DNA of 38,744 nucleotides from a virus (Duplodnaviria; Heunggongvirae; Uroviricota; Caudoviricetes): IMG/VR virus record IMGVR_UViG_2703719354_000025; one strand, 5' to 3'. Shown piece by piece: positions 37,278 to 38,744 of this stretch (position 1 is its first letter; each line of letters starts with the position of its first letter). The notes under the pieces were generated by a model. It saw only the letters and a program-made list of their open reading frames with translations, ran no database searches and was not told where the DNA came from. The position numbers and the translations under genes were made by a program.

Positions 37278-37430
37278 TACACCTTTCTTCGGCCCGACCA
37301 TATCCATGTCTTTTTCCTTCTGACCAACTTTGGCAAGTTTGTTGCCGTCGATGGAAGCCCAGAAGTCGAGAGAGCGTCTTGCACTAGCCATAGCTTTATC
37401 AGAAGTGATTTTTTTATGTTGTTTGATCAT
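37278..37430 (-). CDS. small basic protein (50 aa), unknown
   Basis: ATG at 37430 with AGAGG RBS 8 nt upstream; translation MIKQHKKITSDKAMASARRSLDFWASIDGNKLAKVGQRKKTWIWSGRRKV; 90 bp downstream of the 190-aa gene on the same strand. Confidence 0.4.
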
Positions 37431-37520
37431 GGTTAACCTCTTTGGCTATAGACTTTACGGATAATTTTATAACAAATGCGTTCATTAAACAAACAGCCCA
37501 TCGACTGCTGATTGAGATTG

Positions 37521-38093
37521 TCATTCTTCAACTGGGTCAATGCCATTCACTTTCCGTCGTATGGTGTCGAGGATGTCGTGCACATCTGCAGACATCTTAC
37601 TGTGGTCATGCCATACTTGGGCAAATCCGTAGCTCCTGTAACGCGGTTGTGCATCTTCAGTAGGATCTTGAATATAAACGTCGTCAAGCTCCGCGATCTG
37701 GCAGAAGGTAGTCGCGTAAATAAGTGCGATGATCAACACATTGCCTGTTAGGTCGGTATCCTCATCTGAAATGAAGTTTTCTAACATGCAAATTGAGAAT
37801 TGCTCACGGCGCCAGTCGTATTTACAAATGATAACCGCATGAAGCTGTTCGGGCTCATCACGGTCGATCAGCTTTAACGTTATATCCAGTATTCCATCTA
37901 CAGCGTCACCGCGATAGGTCTGCATCGCCCATCGCCAGTCCAAGTGGCTTTGTAAACTTGCATCTTCAAGCTGGCGTCTCTCTTCATCGCTCAAAACGCC
38001 TACAGAGATATTAGTCCATCCAAGTGATTCAATAGCTTTTTGTGTTGTTGCTAGACATTGATCATGTATTTGCTGAGTAGATAGGAAGCTCAC
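37521..38093 (-). CDS. unknown 190-aa acidic protein, attR-proximal cargo gene
   Basis: GTG start at 38093 with AAGGA upstream; no in-frame ATG near the start; no family recognised. Confidence 0.55.
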   Translation of the reverse strand: MSFLSTQQIHDQCLATTQKAIESLGWTNISVGVLSDEERRQLEDASLQSHLDWRWAMQTYRGDAVDGILDITLKLIDRDEPEQLHAVIICKYDWRREQFSICMLENFISDEDTDLTGNVLIIALIYATTFCQIAELDDVYIQDPTEDAQPRYRSYGFAQVWHDHSKMSADVHDILDTIRRKVNGIDPVEE

Positions 38094-38465
38094 TTCATGT
38101 CATCCTTTATCTTTTGTCCCACAGCAATTATATCGTTCAAGTGTGAAAGTAGGCGAGTTATTCTGACCTACGCCCCTCGCTATACGTGGTTTTAGAGGGC
38201 TGACATGACTGTTCCCAGCTGATTGCCACACGGCATTGTTCGCAAGATTTATGTCGACTCAATTATGAACGTCTGCTGATCGCTCATAACAGGCATTCAC
38301 TACATTTATCTTCATTGGCTATGCAAGTCGTAATACAAGTTGGGACAAAACTGAGACACATAAGGCCTCACAATGGCTTGCAAGGCTTTACATGTTTTGA
38401 TGTGATGGGACGTGTGAGCGCAGTGTTGATGGGGTAATGCTTTGAATTAGAAACGGATTCTTATA

Positions 38466-38513
38466 ATTCGTAATGCGAAGGTCGTAGGTTCGACTCCTAT
38501 TATCGGCACCATT
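38466..38513. repeat. attR core: 48-bp direct repeat (partial 3' copy of thrW)
   Basis: Identical to 1399-1446; it carries only the 3' two-thirds of the tRNA, so it is not a functional tRNA gene. Confidence 0.9.
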
Positions 38514-38609
38514 AAAATCAAAGAGTTACCCCATATTTAAATACACCACGTTTCCTCCTGTGCCGCATTTGTGCCATTGTAACCTTGGCAATTCATCAAA
38601 ATACTGTTC

Positions 38610-38744
38610 TGAACCGCCCCGGGAATCCTGGAGACTAAACTTCCTGAGAAAGAGGTAAACAGGATGACTAAAAATACTCGTTTTTCCCCTGAAGTCCGTC
38701 AACGGGCAGTCCGTATGGTTCTGGAAAGTCAGGGCGAATATGAC
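38610..38744 (+). mobile_element. left end of an IS3-family insertion sequence (runs off the window)
   Basis: Terminal inverted-repeat-like start TGAACCGCCCCGGGAATCCTGGAGAC, then RBS and orfA start MTKNTRFSPEVRQRAVRMVLESQGEYD, recognised from memory as an IS3-family OrfA N-terminus. Confidence 0.75.
38664..38744 (+). CDS. IS3-family transposase OrfA (N-terminal 27 aa, truncated by window end)
   Basis: ATG at 38664 after AAAGAGG; HTH-type N-terminus typical of IS3 OrfA. Confidence 0.75.
   Translation, partial: MTKNTRFSPEVRQRAVRMVLESQGEYD

Larger units (their letters stand above)
1399..38513. mobile_element. Integrated temperate prophage (~37 kb), lambdoid regulation with HK97-like head and Mu-like contractile tail, inserted in thrW
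   Basis: Bounded by the 48-bp direct repeats; integrase adjacent to attL; complete regulatory, replication, lysis, packaging, head and tail modules in between. Confidence 0.9.

Noticed and set aside
36913-38388. 12-bp motif TTGCAAGGCTTT present at 36913-36924 and 38377-38388, flanking the attR-proximal gene pair
   Set aside because: Repeated 12-mers of this kind are expected by chance many times in 38 kb; flanking sequence is not conserved, so I do not treat it as a recombination footprint or binding site.
38466-38513. Second tRNA-like sequence near the end of the window
   Set aside because: Only the 3' 46 nt of thrW are present (no acceptor 5' strand or D-arm); it is the attR copy of the att core, not a tRNA gene.
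1-38744. CRISPR arrays, rRNA genes, additional tRNAs
   Set aside because: No regularly spaced short direct repeats with unique spacers and no rRNA-like sequence were seen; the only tRNA is thrW. The iterons at 8679-8830 lie inside a coding sequence and are not CRISPR-like.

Overview
Enterobacterial (E. coli/Shigella-type) chromosomal window containing complete proA and tRNA-Thr (thrW), then an apparently intact ~37-kb temperate prophage integrated into the 3' end of thrW, then the start of an IS3-family insertion sequence. The prophage is bounded by identical 48-bp direct repeats (attL 1399-1446, attR 38466-38513). It is mosaic: tyrosine integrase and excisionase; a leftward early operon; a lambda-like immunity region (cI, cro, GTAC-type operators, PL/PR-like promoters); an O-like replication initiator with in-gene iterons; Dam methyltransferase, RusA and a QuuD-size Q antiterminator; a lysis cassette (holin, lambda R-like endolysin, Rz/Rz1); HNH plus terminase; an HK97-like head module; and a Mu-like contractile tail and baseplate module with tail fiber. 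Three visibly AT-rich cargo islands are the most interesting parts. First, a two-gene antisense cassette between Q and the lysis genes (4-TM membrane protein plus a 294-aa protein, 13384-14795), which is my best candidate for an undescribed or poorly described defence/exclusion system. Second, a tail-fiber C-terminus plus acyltransferase-3 module (about 34500-36476). Third, an attR-proximal pair of unknown genes (37278-38093) sitting where SfV-type thrW phages carry O-antigen modification genes. All product calls are from reading the translations and from memory of protein families; no database search was run, and GC differences are judged by eye.
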